From the NCBI GenBank assembly GCA_016180645.1, contig JACPAV010000016.1, positions 62,001-126,000 of the forward strand: 64,000 nucleotides of DNA. The letters are read 5' to 3'. The notes beneath the pieces are model-generated. The model searched no databases and was not told the DNA's origin. It saw nothing but the letters and a program-made list of their open reading frames with translations. This DNA comes from Nitrospirota bacterium (lineage in GTDB: Bacteria > JACPQY01). Positions 10,301 to 19,323 of the stretch are shown piece by piece (positions within the stretch are counted from its first letter, which is position 1; every line of letters begins with the position of its first letter). A program made the translations under genes and the position numbers.

Positions 10301-12962
10301 TGAACGCATCGGGATCGGTGAAGATCGGATTCAGGCTCAGCAGTCCCAATTCACCCATGGCCCTCGCGGCCTGCTCTTCGGTGAGCGAAAGGCCGGGGAG
10401 CGAGCCGGTGGCGCCCGCCGACACCGAGCACCCCTGCGCCATGCCGCCCGCGTTCTCGAACACATTCGAGTACGAGATGCGGATCTGCCCCGCCACACAC
10501 CGGGCGCCGTGCCCCGCATTGTTCGAGAAAACCGAGTTCTTGATCAGCACCGCGGCGGAGGACGGCGTCGCCAGATTCAAGGCATCCGCGCGGTTTCGTG
10601 AGACGGTGACATTGATGAGGGCCAGGTCGACCCGGACCGGCGAGGCAGGCCGAACCAGAATTCCATTATCGCTGTCCGTCACGACCACATTCCGGAGCTG
10701 CGCGTTTCCCTCGACCAGGATGCCGGCGCGGCCGCCGCTGACGGTCAGGTTCGAGACGAAGCCTCGCGCGCCAACGATGACACCGGCTTCCGACGAACCC
10801 GAAACGTGCACGATCGTGGCGGCGGGACCCACGCCGGTAAGCGATCCGCCTTCCGGCACCCGGATGGGACCTTCCACAACACCCGGGCCGAGTTCCCGGG
10901 TGAGGGCAACGGACGTCGAGGCCGAAATCTCCGACTGAATCAAAGTTTCTCCCGACGGAGAAGGCGACGTGCCCGCCGCAGGTGGAGGCGGAAGGGCCAC
11001 GTTCCGCGCGAGCGGTGTGGCGCTGGCGCACGCCTTGGGGCCCTGCTCGTTGTCTTCGTTATACGGCGTCACGCAAATGGTGTACGTTACGCCCGCCGTA
11101 AGCAGCGGGAACGTGTACGCCGCGAGAGGCCCGATGTCCTGAGCCTTTTGATCCCCCACCTGAATCCAGTATCCGGTCGGCGCCGTTCCCGGTCCAGCCG
11201 ACCAGCTCACCGTAATCTTCTCCTCCCCCGGCACCGCCGCGAGGTCCTTGACCATCGAAGGCACTCCCAAGGTGAGAACGCTGAAACTCTGAACGGCGGA
11301 CCACTGCGACTGCGCTCCGTGAGCATCCTCCACCCGGAGCCTCCAGTACAGCGTCGTCCCGGCGTTCAGCGGCGAAGGAAGGGTGAACGATCCCGTGCCG
11401 GCTACCGTATGAAGGGCATACCCGGCGTCCTGCGACTCCAGATCGGCATCGTCGTCCACCTCGATGAGGTATTTCAGTTGGGACGCGGAGGTCAACGAAT
11501 CGGAACCGTCACCCCATGTCAGCGTGACAGAACGGCAACGTGTCGCCGCGCATTTCTGGGTCGGCGCCAGGCCGGAGAGATTGGCGGGTGAACGAGAAGA
11601 CGCCGGGGGAAGCGCAGGCGGCGTGTTGTCCGTCCGGTAGCCGTGCACGGTTCCATCGGATGCCGCGACAACGGCCACCCCGTTGGAAAAGGCCGGAGAG
11701 GCCGAGGCGGACTTGCCGAGATCGATTTGCTGGAGAAGGCTTCCATCGCTGGATTGCAGCCGGCGGATACCCCCTGCAGCCGTGACCGCCAGGACCTCCG
11801 TGCCGAACACCGCCGGCGTTGGGCTGTAGCCGCCCGATCCGGGGGCGCCGAAATCGACGGCCCACAAGACGGCCGACGTGGCCACGCCCACCCCGAAGAG
11901 GTGTTGGGTGCCGGAGCCGGCCACGGCGAACGCCCTAGCGCCATCGGTAGCCGGAGAGGACACGAAGTTGGAATCCGAGGCGGCGGCGGCCGGCGCGCGC
12001 CGCGGCGCACGCGAGGGTCCAGATTCGACCCACTGCCCCGTCCTCAGTTTCTCGGCATAGTCCATCTGGAACGGATTGTCACGCTCGTCCGGCGGGGATT
12101 CTTCCAGGGGTGCCGGCCTCCGCGAGGGGGCCGAATGTCCCGCAGGAGTATTGAGATCCACCGTTCCGAGGCCGAGTCCGCTGGAGGCGTCGATTCGATA
12201 CAGATTCCGATCGACGTTCCCCGGTACGGCGAAGAAATATCCCTGCGCGGCGGCCGGCGAGGATCGGTAGACTCCGCCCCCGGTTGAGAACGCGAACAGA
12301 AAAGTACCCGTTGCCGCATCAACGGCAGTGAACTTCCCGTTGTTGGCGCCGAAGTAAACCTTCCCCCCGGCGACCGCGGGCGAGGAAAAAGTGACCTGGC
12401 CCGCGGCGTAGCTCCAAAGCGTCGCGCCACTGGATGGGTTCAGCGCGTGGATTCGGCCCGAGGGAAACCCGGTCGTCACGAAGATTCTCTGTCCGTCCGT
12501 TCCGAGCGATGAAACGACGGTGCTTTGGAGGTCGGCGGTCCACAGAGAATCGCCCGATGAAGGATCGAGCGCGACCACGGTCCCTTCCTTCGTCGCCACG
12601 ACCAACCGCCCTTGAACCAGGACAGGGGTGGACTCGATTGCCACGCCGATCCTCTTTTTCCAAATGGTGGCCCCGGACGCCAAGTCCAAGCCGTGCAGTT
12701 GGCCGGCCAAGTCGGCCACAAAGAGACGGCCCGCGGCGGCGACCGGAGAGGCCGTTATGGCGGCGCCTGCGGCATAGGTCCAGGCCGGAGTGAGATTTCC
12801 AACAATGACTTCCTGTGAGGATCGGGAATTCGCCGCGTCGAATCCGAATTGCGGCCAATCCTTTGCTGAAGCGTTGAGGACCGAGAAAGGCAGAAGGGCG
12901 ATGGCCCATATGGGCAGCACGGCTTTGCGAATTGCCGCTGTGAGGACAAACCTACACTCCAT
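7326..12962 (-). CDS. Large multidomain surface protein: PQQ-like (BamB-type) beta-propeller, FN3, right-handed beta-helix, MYXO-CTERM-like motif, lamin-tail domain, PKD, three Ig-like repeats
   Basis: ORF 7326..13094; start moved to M45 (12962) because a sigma70 promoter lies at 13017-13044 and a signal peptide ends at ASA|KDWPQFG. Motifs: repeated SSPAVAGG / LW blades; LYWRLRVED and ITVSW..Y (FN3); SPLIDAGDP..EPEPNGGRINQGAFGGT; GGGCGC+TM+RR; ILFNEILADP..E.IELKN and TPTLGAAN (LTD); VTLDGSKSFDPDG..YSWSQTAGP (PKD). Confidence 0.85.
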   Translation of the reverse strand: MECRFVLTAAIRKAVLPIWAIALLPFSVLNASAKDWPQFGFDAANSRSSQEVIVGNLTPAWTYAAGAAITASPVAAAGRLFVADLAGQLHGLDLASGATIWKKRIGVAIESTPVLVQGRLVVATKEGTVVALDPSSGDSLWTADLQSTVVSSLGTDGQRIFVTTGFPSGRIHALNPSSGATLWSYAAGQVTFSSPAVAGGKVYFGANNGKFTAVDAATGTFLFAFSTGGGVYRSSPAAAQGYFFAVPGNVDRNLYRIDASSGLGLGTVDLNTPAGHSAPSRRPAPLEESPPDERDNPFQMDYAEKLRTGQWVESGPSRAPRRAPAAAASDSNFVSSPATDGARAFAVAGSGTQHLFGVGVATSAVLWAVDFGAPGSGGYSPTPAVFGTEVLAVTAAGGIRRLQSSDGSLLQQIDLGKSASASPAFSNGVAVVAASDGTVHGYRTDNTPPALPPASSRSPANLSGLAPTQKCAATRCRSVTLTWGDGSDSLTSASQLKYLIEVDDDADLESQDAGYALHTVAGTGSFTLPSPLNAGTTLYWRLRVEDAHGAQSQWSAVQSFSVLTLGVPSMVKDLAAVPGEEKITVSWSAGPGTAPTGYWIQVGDQKAQDIGPLAAYTFPLLTAGVTYTICVTPYNEDNEQGPKACASATPLARNVALPPPPAAGTSPSPSGETLIQSEISASTSVALTRELGPGVVEGPIRVPEGGSLTGVGPAATIVHVSGSSEAGVIVGARGFVSNLTVSGGRAGILVEGNAQLRNVVVTDSDNGILVRPASPVRVDLALINVTVSRNRADALNLATPSSAAVLIKNSVFSNNAGHGARCVAGQIRISYSNVFENAGGMAQGCSVSAGATGSLPGLSLTEEQAARAMGELGLLSLNPIFTDPDAFNFKLAPGSPLIDAGDPDDEFLMEPEPNGGRINQGAFGGTPEAEPTSNEQRAASNGGGGCGCAHIGGHLPLDVGGTVPVLILAGFFFLRLRRARRLVTVQHPPSSPSPSRGEGMERGTGSPLFPSPSTGEGAGGGEGLRWFSFVFLLLAVHGLLLARASGARADQFEILFNEILADPTGNDATHERIELKNTGAFGQALDGMCLCTASACGSSAWCFPPGTFVDAGGLLTVHVNEAGTKTTSDVFTGPWTDLGNSKDTLSLFLDNSDFTLDDNLVDFLQWGDGGQAREDVADSAAIWTVGQFIPAFAEGHSMEAQGPANSPSGWFDQWTPTLGAANLLNNRPVASVGEGYTVFEGMSVTLDGSKSFDPDGKTITYSWSQTAGPAAVLSSPTAKSATFTAPDIEGQPVLAFRLTVSDGALTSLPADVQVIVKDTGSLILAKTAASPGESNEKKGLRNLALLQFSLTAGPTEEIRVTSLTVQASGTGDDAKGIRAVRGVVDRNGNGSVEEGETEILSDRSLSSDNGAISWTGLDLRLPAGSTQTWIVACDLTNQPVFGQTFALTIPVDGILGKGMGSGKPFKVAALPLAGPAKRISDKTSLTVSLDPAKAAPLKVGPNAVGVPVLSLRLSAGSVEDVRVRSLTVSDRGSGDEVRSVREIRLIEDSNANGSADPGETLLGSPQRFARAEETENAVARFEPLALVVPVGAALPLLIVYDFTDALRHGEDFPAGIDAGSGIVAEGAVSNAAIEVMGLPLSGPKVTVENVGRLTASALMPAQDEIRLDFPDSVTAVGWKLDASKAEDLLVTTISVRGLSDLPDGVLSGVDLYEDTNADLKLSRSDSKVGTAILNLDEGEARFEALRVLVPAGQSRRLIASLRFGVDDAIAGGFHRLLPGLLAGGGILIVLLITVRRGRAGRRLSLLAAGPVVLGVVMARCGGGVSEPSATIGSPPPEVSVVVHWDGPADLTAVGQSSQQIVPVDAQPIQGPVIRLKTS
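9898..10004. repeat. Double-hairpin palindromic element (CCCCCTCAAGGGGG / CCCCCTCGACGGGGG family) inserted in frame
   Basis: TCACCCCCACCC...CCCTCCCCCGTCGAGGGGGAGGG...CCCTTCCCCCCTTGAGGGGGAAGGG...GGGGGGTG; encodes HPPSSPSPSRGEG...PSPSTGEGAGGGE; related copies at 17070-17224 and 51884-51993. Confidence 0.9.
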
Positions 12963-13016
12963 TATTAGGATGTCTGGCACGCAAGAGACGGTCCACCCTC
13001 CCATCGGATGTGCGGA

Positions 13017-13044
13017 ATTGTATATTATTTCAAAGGAATGTCCA
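13017..13044 (-). promoter_or_regulatory. Putative sigma70 promoter
   Basis: TGGACA-N16-TACAAT in an AT-rich patch upstream of the large surface protein gene. Confidence 0.65.
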
Positions 13045-13183
13045 CTTGGAAGGCCCGTTTTTCCGATGGCTTTGCACGACCCGGATACTTGCATCGAAAA
13101 AGCTCACCTGGAGTGAGAACTTCATGACGGACTGGTCGAGTGCAATTCAGATAGTCATCCCGTGGCCTTGCGGGGCGTCACCG

Positions 13184-13199
13184 TGTGACGCAGATCACA
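13184..13199. promoter_or_regulatory. CRP/FNR-family binding site (CRP-type core)
   Basis: TGTGA-CGCAGA-TCACA, a perfect TGTGA-N6-TCACA core, in intergenic DNA. Confidence 0.6.
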
Positions 13200-13233
13200 A
13201 ATTCAAGTGTGAGTAGTTTTCTTGCGCGGGGCG

Positions 13234-15345
13234 CTATCGCAAATCGCCGGTCAGCTGGTCCTGTGGAGAACCGGTGTTCTCCAGATTCCCCGAAGAGTCC
13301 TTCACCCCATCCCAGGCGATCTGAAAGCAATCTCCGGATTCATTGGCCGAACCCGCGACGGTGAGTTCGAAATGGCCTTCGCGGCCATTGACCCAAACGA
13401 ACGTACTCTGTCCCGGCACCGTGGTATTCGAAGCGGCCGTTCCGATATCGGAGCAGCCTGTTTGTCCTTCATCGGTCAGCGTGAGCGTGGGGGAAACCTT
13501 CGTATCCATGAACTCGCTGCAACGAACGCGAAGATAGATTTTCTTGTCGGTGGCGGTCGTGTTCTGGCCGCTGTCATTTTGCCCGGCGGCATTGATCGCC
13601 GGCTGATTCCCCGATGCGGAATCCAGGTCCGCGCTGCATGCGGCCGGCGATCCGGAGAGGGCGCACAGGCTGCACGTGGGCGGTTTCTTGTCGATGAACT
13701 TGCGTGCCGTGTCCGGATTGGGCGCCGAGGGGAGTCCGTCCCGATTCCGGCCCACCACCGACACGAAGATCTGGTTTCCCTCGGAGAAGGGCGTGGCGTC
13801 ATCCACGGCCTCGCCCACCGTTCCGTCGAGGTCGGCGTCATCATTGGGCGTCACATCGAAGGCCGCCAGGGAGAGGGTGGCCACCACGAATTCGCCGCGC
13901 GATCGCACGTTGTTCGCAGACGGCGTGATGTCCGTCCAGTCGGCGTTTCTCTTCGTATCCCGGGCGAACACGGCATAGCCGGAGACATCGGCGAGACTCT
14001 TCCACAGGATCTGCACGGTGGCCGAGTTCCAATCGACATCCGATTCCGTGCGGGTGGGACTGCCCACGTCCGAGTCCAGCGTCACGCCGGTCACGGCCGG
14101 GGCGTCCGGCTGATTGCTCTTGACCGGCCGGAGGTTGAGCGTGAAGCCCGTGCCTCCCAGCGTGGTCCCGAGGGTGCTCCGCGCATTCGCCGAAATCGCT
14201 AGCACGTAGCGCCCTCCGGGCGCCAGGTCCAGGGACGTGGTCACCAATAACTTTACGCCGTTTTCCAGCTTGAGGTTCACGGCCACCGGATCTCCCTGGC
14301 CGGCGTTTCCGCGCAGCGTGACCAGCGGCGAGGGTGGATCCGTTGCGGACCCCGCATCGATATTGGCTTCCAGAGAAGCGTCCATCGGGATGTTGAACAC
14401 GATCGCGATCGGATTCTGGCTCGTGGTGTATGGAATGGCGCGGAAGAGCGCGCCCGGCTCCACGGTGGACCACACCACGGACGGAACGGGTCGGCCGGGA
14501 TCGGAGCACAGGCTTTCAGGCGGCGGAGAGAGGTTCAGCGGATTACAGGCCGCCGAACTCCGAAGATTGATCAACACGTCTTCGCTCCCCTCGGCGTTGC
14601 GCCCGAACTGGGTCAGATTGATCGCGGTGGAACTGACCCACGTCCCGTATTCGGGCACTCCATTCCCGTCGATGTCGAGTGGAAGGACGTACAAGTTGCC
14701 GGCCGCGAGCACGGCGCGAGGGAGTTTGGCCTCCTCGGTCCCGATGGCAAAACGCCCCTCACCGTCCGTGTTCACTCCCCAAACGCGGGGGACATCCTGA
14801 AATCCCTGGGCCAGAAAATCCACGACGAAGTTGACGCCCCGATCTCGAAACTCCCCTCCGCCATCCGTCGAAAAGATGCGGCCCCGCAGGATGGCGTTAC
14901 GCTGTACGAGGGAGGCGTTCTGCGTGGCGATGGGATCCTCGGAGGAGACCGGTTGGGTCTGCGCGGCCGCGCCCGTAATCAATCCCACGATGGTCACCTG
15001 GGTCGACCATTCCGAGTACACCCGCTCCTCGCCCTGCACCATGGCGCTGCCCGCGAAGGAAACGGGAATCGCCGCCTCCACCGGAACATTTCCGATGGCA
15101 TACGACCCCGCCTCGCTGAAACGGGTCTGGGGGTCGTCGTCCAGCGTCAGCGTCGTATTCCACTTCTTGTCGAAGAAGGCCGAGACCTGGATCCGGGAGA
15201 GCCGTTCGCCGCCCTCCGCATCCCGCACGATTCCCTGGATCGTACCCCGATTCACACGGATGTTTTTTTCGGCGACCGGTTGCTCGATGCAACCCGCGGC
15301 CAGCAGGGTCGCGAGCGCTATGAACCGCTCAGGCTGGTGGAGCAC
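13234..15345 (-). CDS. Lipoprotein with carboxypeptidase-regulatory-like, Big_5 Ig-like and FN3-like domains
   Basis: Part of ORF 13234..15618; lipobox LAAGC after FIALATLL; GTIQGIVRDA..G..Y; IAIVFNIPMDAS and VRCSEFMDT (Ig-like); Cys pairs. Start at GTG 15345 is inferred and uncertain. Confidence 0.7.
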   Translation of the reverse strand: MLHQPERFIALATLLAAGCIEQPVAEKNIRVNRGTIQGIVRDAEGGERLSRIQVSAFFDKKWNTTLTLDDDPQTRFSEAGSYAIGNVPVEAAIPVSFAGSAMVQGEERVYSEWSTQVTIVGLITGAAAQTQPVSSEDPIATQNASLVQRNAILRGRIFSTDGGGEFRDRGVNFVVDFLAQGFQDVPRVWGVNTDGEGRFAIGTEEAKLPRAVLAAGNLYVLPLDIDGNGVPEYGTWVSSTAINLTQFGRNAEGSEDVLINLRSSAACNPLNLSPPPESLCSDPGRPVPSVVWSTVEPGALFRAIPYTTSQNPIAIVFNIPMDASLEANIDAGSATDPPSPLVTLRGNAGQGDPVAVNLKLENGVKLLVTTSLDLAPGGRYVLAISANARSTLGTTLGGTGFTLNLRPVKSNQPDAPAVTGVTLDSDVGSPTRTESDVDWNSATVQILWKSLADVSGYAVFARDTKRNADWTDITPSANNVRSRGEFVVATLSLAAFDVTPNDDADLDGTVGEAVDDATPFSEGNQIFVSVVGRNRDGLPSAPNPDTARKFIDKKPPTCSLCALSGSPAACSADLDSASGNQPAINAAGQNDSGQNTTATDKKIYLRVRCSEFMDTKVSPTLTLTDEGQTGCSDIGTAASNTTVPGQSTFVWVNGREGHFELTVAGSANESGDCFQIAWDGVKDSSGNLENTGSPQDQLTGDLR

Positions 15346-15515
15346 TGTTGACTGAGAGGATGGAATGGATTGTTGGCCTCCGCGGTGGTCTTGCCGCAGG
15401 ATACGAGCGCGCTCACTTCGAACACGGCCTGGGATTCGATCTTCGGTGTTTGATAAGGGAGCTTCCGGCTTTGATCTCCGGATTCCCTTCCGGTCCGCGC
15501 AGTTGTTTCCGCCAC
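15318..15515 (-). CDS. Putative RiPP precursor peptide (65 aa)
   Basis: GTG start with AAGAGG 5 nt upstream: MAETTARTGRESGDQSRKLPYQTPKIESQAVFEVSALVSCGKTTAEANNPFHPLSQQCSTSLSGS. YxxPxI leader motif and a Cys/Ser/Thr-rich C-terminal segment. Confidence 0.65.
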   Translation of the reverse strand: MAETTARTGRESGDQSRKLPYQTPKIESQAVFEVSALVSCGKTTAEANNPFHPLSQQCSTSLSGS

Positions 15516-15534
15516 CCTTGCCTCTTGGGCGAAG

Positions 15535-15563
15535 AGTAAACCATGACCCTCGCAGGGTGTCAA
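15535..15563 (-). promoter_or_regulatory. Putative sigma70 promoter for the peptide/lipoprotein unit
   Basis: TTGACA-N17-TTTACT; overlaps the imperfect palindrome TGACCCT-CGC-AGGGTGTCA. Confidence 0.5.
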
Positions 15564-15602
15564 GGCGAAAACGAACCGCAGTTTTTTCCTGACAAGTCCG
15601 GC

Positions 15603-15631
15603 TTGACAAATTAAGCACTTGTATTTACTCT
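15603..15631 (+). promoter_or_regulatory. Putative sigma70 promoter (near-leaderless) for the ExeA-like gene
   Basis: TTGACA-N17-TACTCT, 9 nt before ATG 15641; no Shine-Dalgarno. Confidence 0.55.
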
Positions 15632-15640
15632 ACTATTCTT

Positions 15641-16492
15641 ATGTACCTCGGCTATTGGGGCCTCGTGGCGGCACCGTTCCCGATGGCCCCCGACCCCCGT
15701 TTTTTTTTCCTGGGCTCTTCCCATCAGTCCGCCCTTTCGAAATTGTACTACGGGATGCAGACGTGCAGCCCCGGCATTCTCGTCACGGGGCCGCACGGAG
15801 CGGGCAAGACCTTTATGCTGCGTCTCCTCATCCACACGCTGCCGCCGGAGAAATACAATGTGGGCCTCCTGTTCAATCCTCCGCTCGGCACCGATCAGCT
15901 CCTTCCCGAGCTGATGTACCAACTCGACGTTCCGATCTCGAACGGGGGGCCGCAGGAACAGCTCCGCGAGCTCTCCGACCGGATCATCAGCGACCATCTT
16001 CGAGGCATCCACACCCTACTTCTCATCGATGAAGCCCAACTTCTGCCGCCGGAATCACTCGAGCAGCTTCGCGTCCTGGCCAACTACCAACTGGATGCAC
16101 AAAGTCCCGTCACGCTCATCCTTTCCGGACTTCCCAGCCTCCGCCCCACCCTCGCGCCGAATGTCGCCCTCCTTCAGCGATTTGCCATCAGCGTTTCGAT
16201 CACGCCCCTCACTCCACGCGAAACGGTTCGATATGTACTCCATCGTCTCCGATGCGCCGGCGCCGTTCGGGCCATCTTTACGGACGAGGCTCTCCAATCG
16301 GTGCAACGGCACTCGGGGGGCGTTCCCCGGCTGATCAATGCCTTGTGCGATGCATCCCTGCTTGAAGGATGGACCGAGCGCCGGACGTATGTGGAAGGGT
16401 ATTTGGTGGAAAAGGTCGCCCGTGCCTCCGCCTTTCGAGTGGCTTCCCCGGTAGCCGCAGGCTTCATGCCTGCGTCCGAGGAGGCACCCTAA
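15641..16492 (+). CDS. ExeA/GspA-family AAA ATPase (ATPase domain only)
   Basis: YLGYWGL..PF..PDPRFFF N-terminus, Walker A GPHGAGKT, Walker B LLLIDEAQ, SGGVPRLINALCD. Confidence 0.9.
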   Translation: MYLGYWGLVAAPFPMAPDPRFFFLGSSHQSALSKLYYGMQTCSPGILVTGPHGAGKTFMLRLLIHTLPPEKYNVGLLFNPPLGTDQLLPELMYQLDVPISNGGPQEQLRELSDRIISDHLRGIHTLLLIDEAQLLPPESLEQLRVLANYQLDAQSPVTLILSGLPSLRPTLAPNVALLQRFAISVSITPLTPRETVRYVLHRLRCAGAVRAIFTDEALQSVQRHSGGVPRLINALCDASLLEGWTERRTYVEGYLVEKVARASAFRVASPVAAGFMPASEEAP

Positions 16493-16581
16493 AGGATGCG
16501 CCTACCAAGAGCCAACGGCTTCCCCCGGCGGATAGGGTCGAAAGTTACCCGGTCCAGAGTCGAGGGTTTCAGAGATGGCAC

Positions 16582-17978
<1,397 letters not shown>

Positions 17979-18018
17979 CCCTCAAGGAGTGGACAAGGAA
18001 TCAAGTGGACCCTTCATG

Positions 18019-18147
18019 GTAGCCGCAACCTTCAGGTTGCGTCCGCTCTATCGTGCGCAGGCTAAAGCCCCTTGCCACGGAGGGCATGGGACCATGCAAT
18101 GTTGCCGCGCTCAGGATGGCGCGGCATGTAACATGGCCTGCGGCTAC
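18019..18147. repeat. GTAG-type REP doublet interrupted by a 67-bp MITE
   Basis: GTAGCCGCAACCTTCAGGTTGCG ... CGCAGGCTAAAGCC[insert]TGCGGCTAC. Confidence 0.85.
18070..18136. mobile_element. 67-bp MITE (CCWTG...CATGG ends, CC duplication), copy 1
   Basis: Same length and layout as 42316-42382 and 49608-49674; removing it restores a perfect REP hairpin. Confidence 0.8.
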
Positions 18148-18155
18148 CAAGCACT

Positions 18156-19316
18156 TTGCCACTTCCGGACGCTTGCTTGAAGAATACGGACCTGCTCAAA
18201 GGGAGTGTGGGCGGATCGCCCGCGGCGCAGTCTCCACAGGCGCCTCCTCCCGCTCCGGGACGCAAAATGCGGATGATCGATACGATTCGCCCCGAGGCTC
18301 CCCCCCCCCGGGAAACGACTCGCCCCGTCCCGATTCAAGTCCAGGCCGAACCGGAACCCACAGCCCGTCCCACACCCGGCTCAGAGCGCCCGCCGAATCT
18401 CCCCATTCCCGTTGAATCGCCGCATCCTGAGATCCATGGAGGCGTGCCCGCGCATCGGCGGGCCAGTTCGCTGGAGAAGTTCGAGCAGAGCCTGACCGAC
18501 CTGTTCCACAGGGCGCGGCAGAAAGAACCGGCGGTCCTCCCGGACGATTTTTGGCTCGATGTTCACGAATTGGTGGAGATGGTGCCTGAAGACCCCGATG
18601 GATTTCTGGCTCACGTGTTTGAAATGGGTCCTGATGATCCCGAGTGGCCGCTCGAACACCACGCGATCAATGTGGGTATCCTCTGCATCCTGGTCGGCCG
18701 GCATCTGAGACTGGATGAGCACGACTTGAGAGATTTGGCCGGTGGGGCGCTGGTGCACGACCTCGGACTCGCCCCGTTGAAGCGACTGACGGAGCAGAAC
18801 CGCCGGCTCACGGATCGGGAACGCCGTCTCATCAGCCTGCACGCCTACGAAGGTGAAAGACTGTTTGCCGATGCCAACAAGGGGTTCGATACCGTCCAAC
18901 TGATCGTGCGACAAAGCCAGGAGCGTGAGAACGGGACAGGCTCGCCGGAAAAAATCTCCACCGATGCCATCCATCCTCTCTCAAAGATTGTCGGAGCTTG
19001 CGACGCCCTGGAGAGCCTGACCCATCGACGGCCTTACCGGCCGATCTCCACTCCCCGCGCGGCCATTCAGAAACTCCTCGATGAAAAAGAGAAATACGCT
19101 TCTCCCGTGCTGAAGGCCATGTTGACCTGCATCACCCCCTATCCTCCGGGCAGCGTGGTCCACCTCAGCACCGGTGTGCGGGCGCGCGTCAAGCGCGTCA
19201 ATGCCGGGAGCTGTCTGCGTCCGGTAGTCACGCCTTTCGGGCCCGGCAAGCACGAGGGAATCGATCTGGACTTGATGCATCTGCCTCACGTCTGGATCCA
19301 AGAACTGAAAGGATAG
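18156..19316 (+). CDS. HD-GYP-like protein with degenerate catalytic motifs and Pro-rich N-terminus
   Basis: HHAINV, GALVHDLG, QSQERENGTGSP (vs QHHERxDGxGYP), CDALESLT.RPYR, YPPGSVVHLSTG; start uncertain. Confidence 0.8.
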   Translation: MPLPDACLKNTDLLKGSVGGSPAAQSPQAPPPAPGRKMRMIDTIRPEAPPPRETTRPVPIQVQAEPEPTARPTPGSERPPNLPIPVESPHPEIHGGVPAHRRASSLEKFEQSLTDLFHRARQKEPAVLPDDFWLDVHELVEMVPEDPDGFLAHVFEMGPDDPEWPLEHHAINVGILCILVGRHLRLDEHDLRDLAGGALVHDLGLAPLKRLTEQNRRLTDRERRLISLHAYEGERLFADANKGFDTVQLIVRQSQERENGTGSPEKISTDAIHPLSKIVGACDALESLTHRRPYRPISTPRAAIQKLLDEKEKYASPVLKAMLTCITPYPPGSVVHLSTGVRARVKRVNAGSCLRPVVTPFGPGKHEGIDLDLMHLPHVWIQELKG

Positions 19317-19323
19317 GCGCGGG

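Noticed and set aside
15346-15618. 91-aa N-terminal extension of the lipoprotein ORF
   Set aside because: It precedes the lipoprotein signal and spans a promoter and the better-supported peptide ORF.
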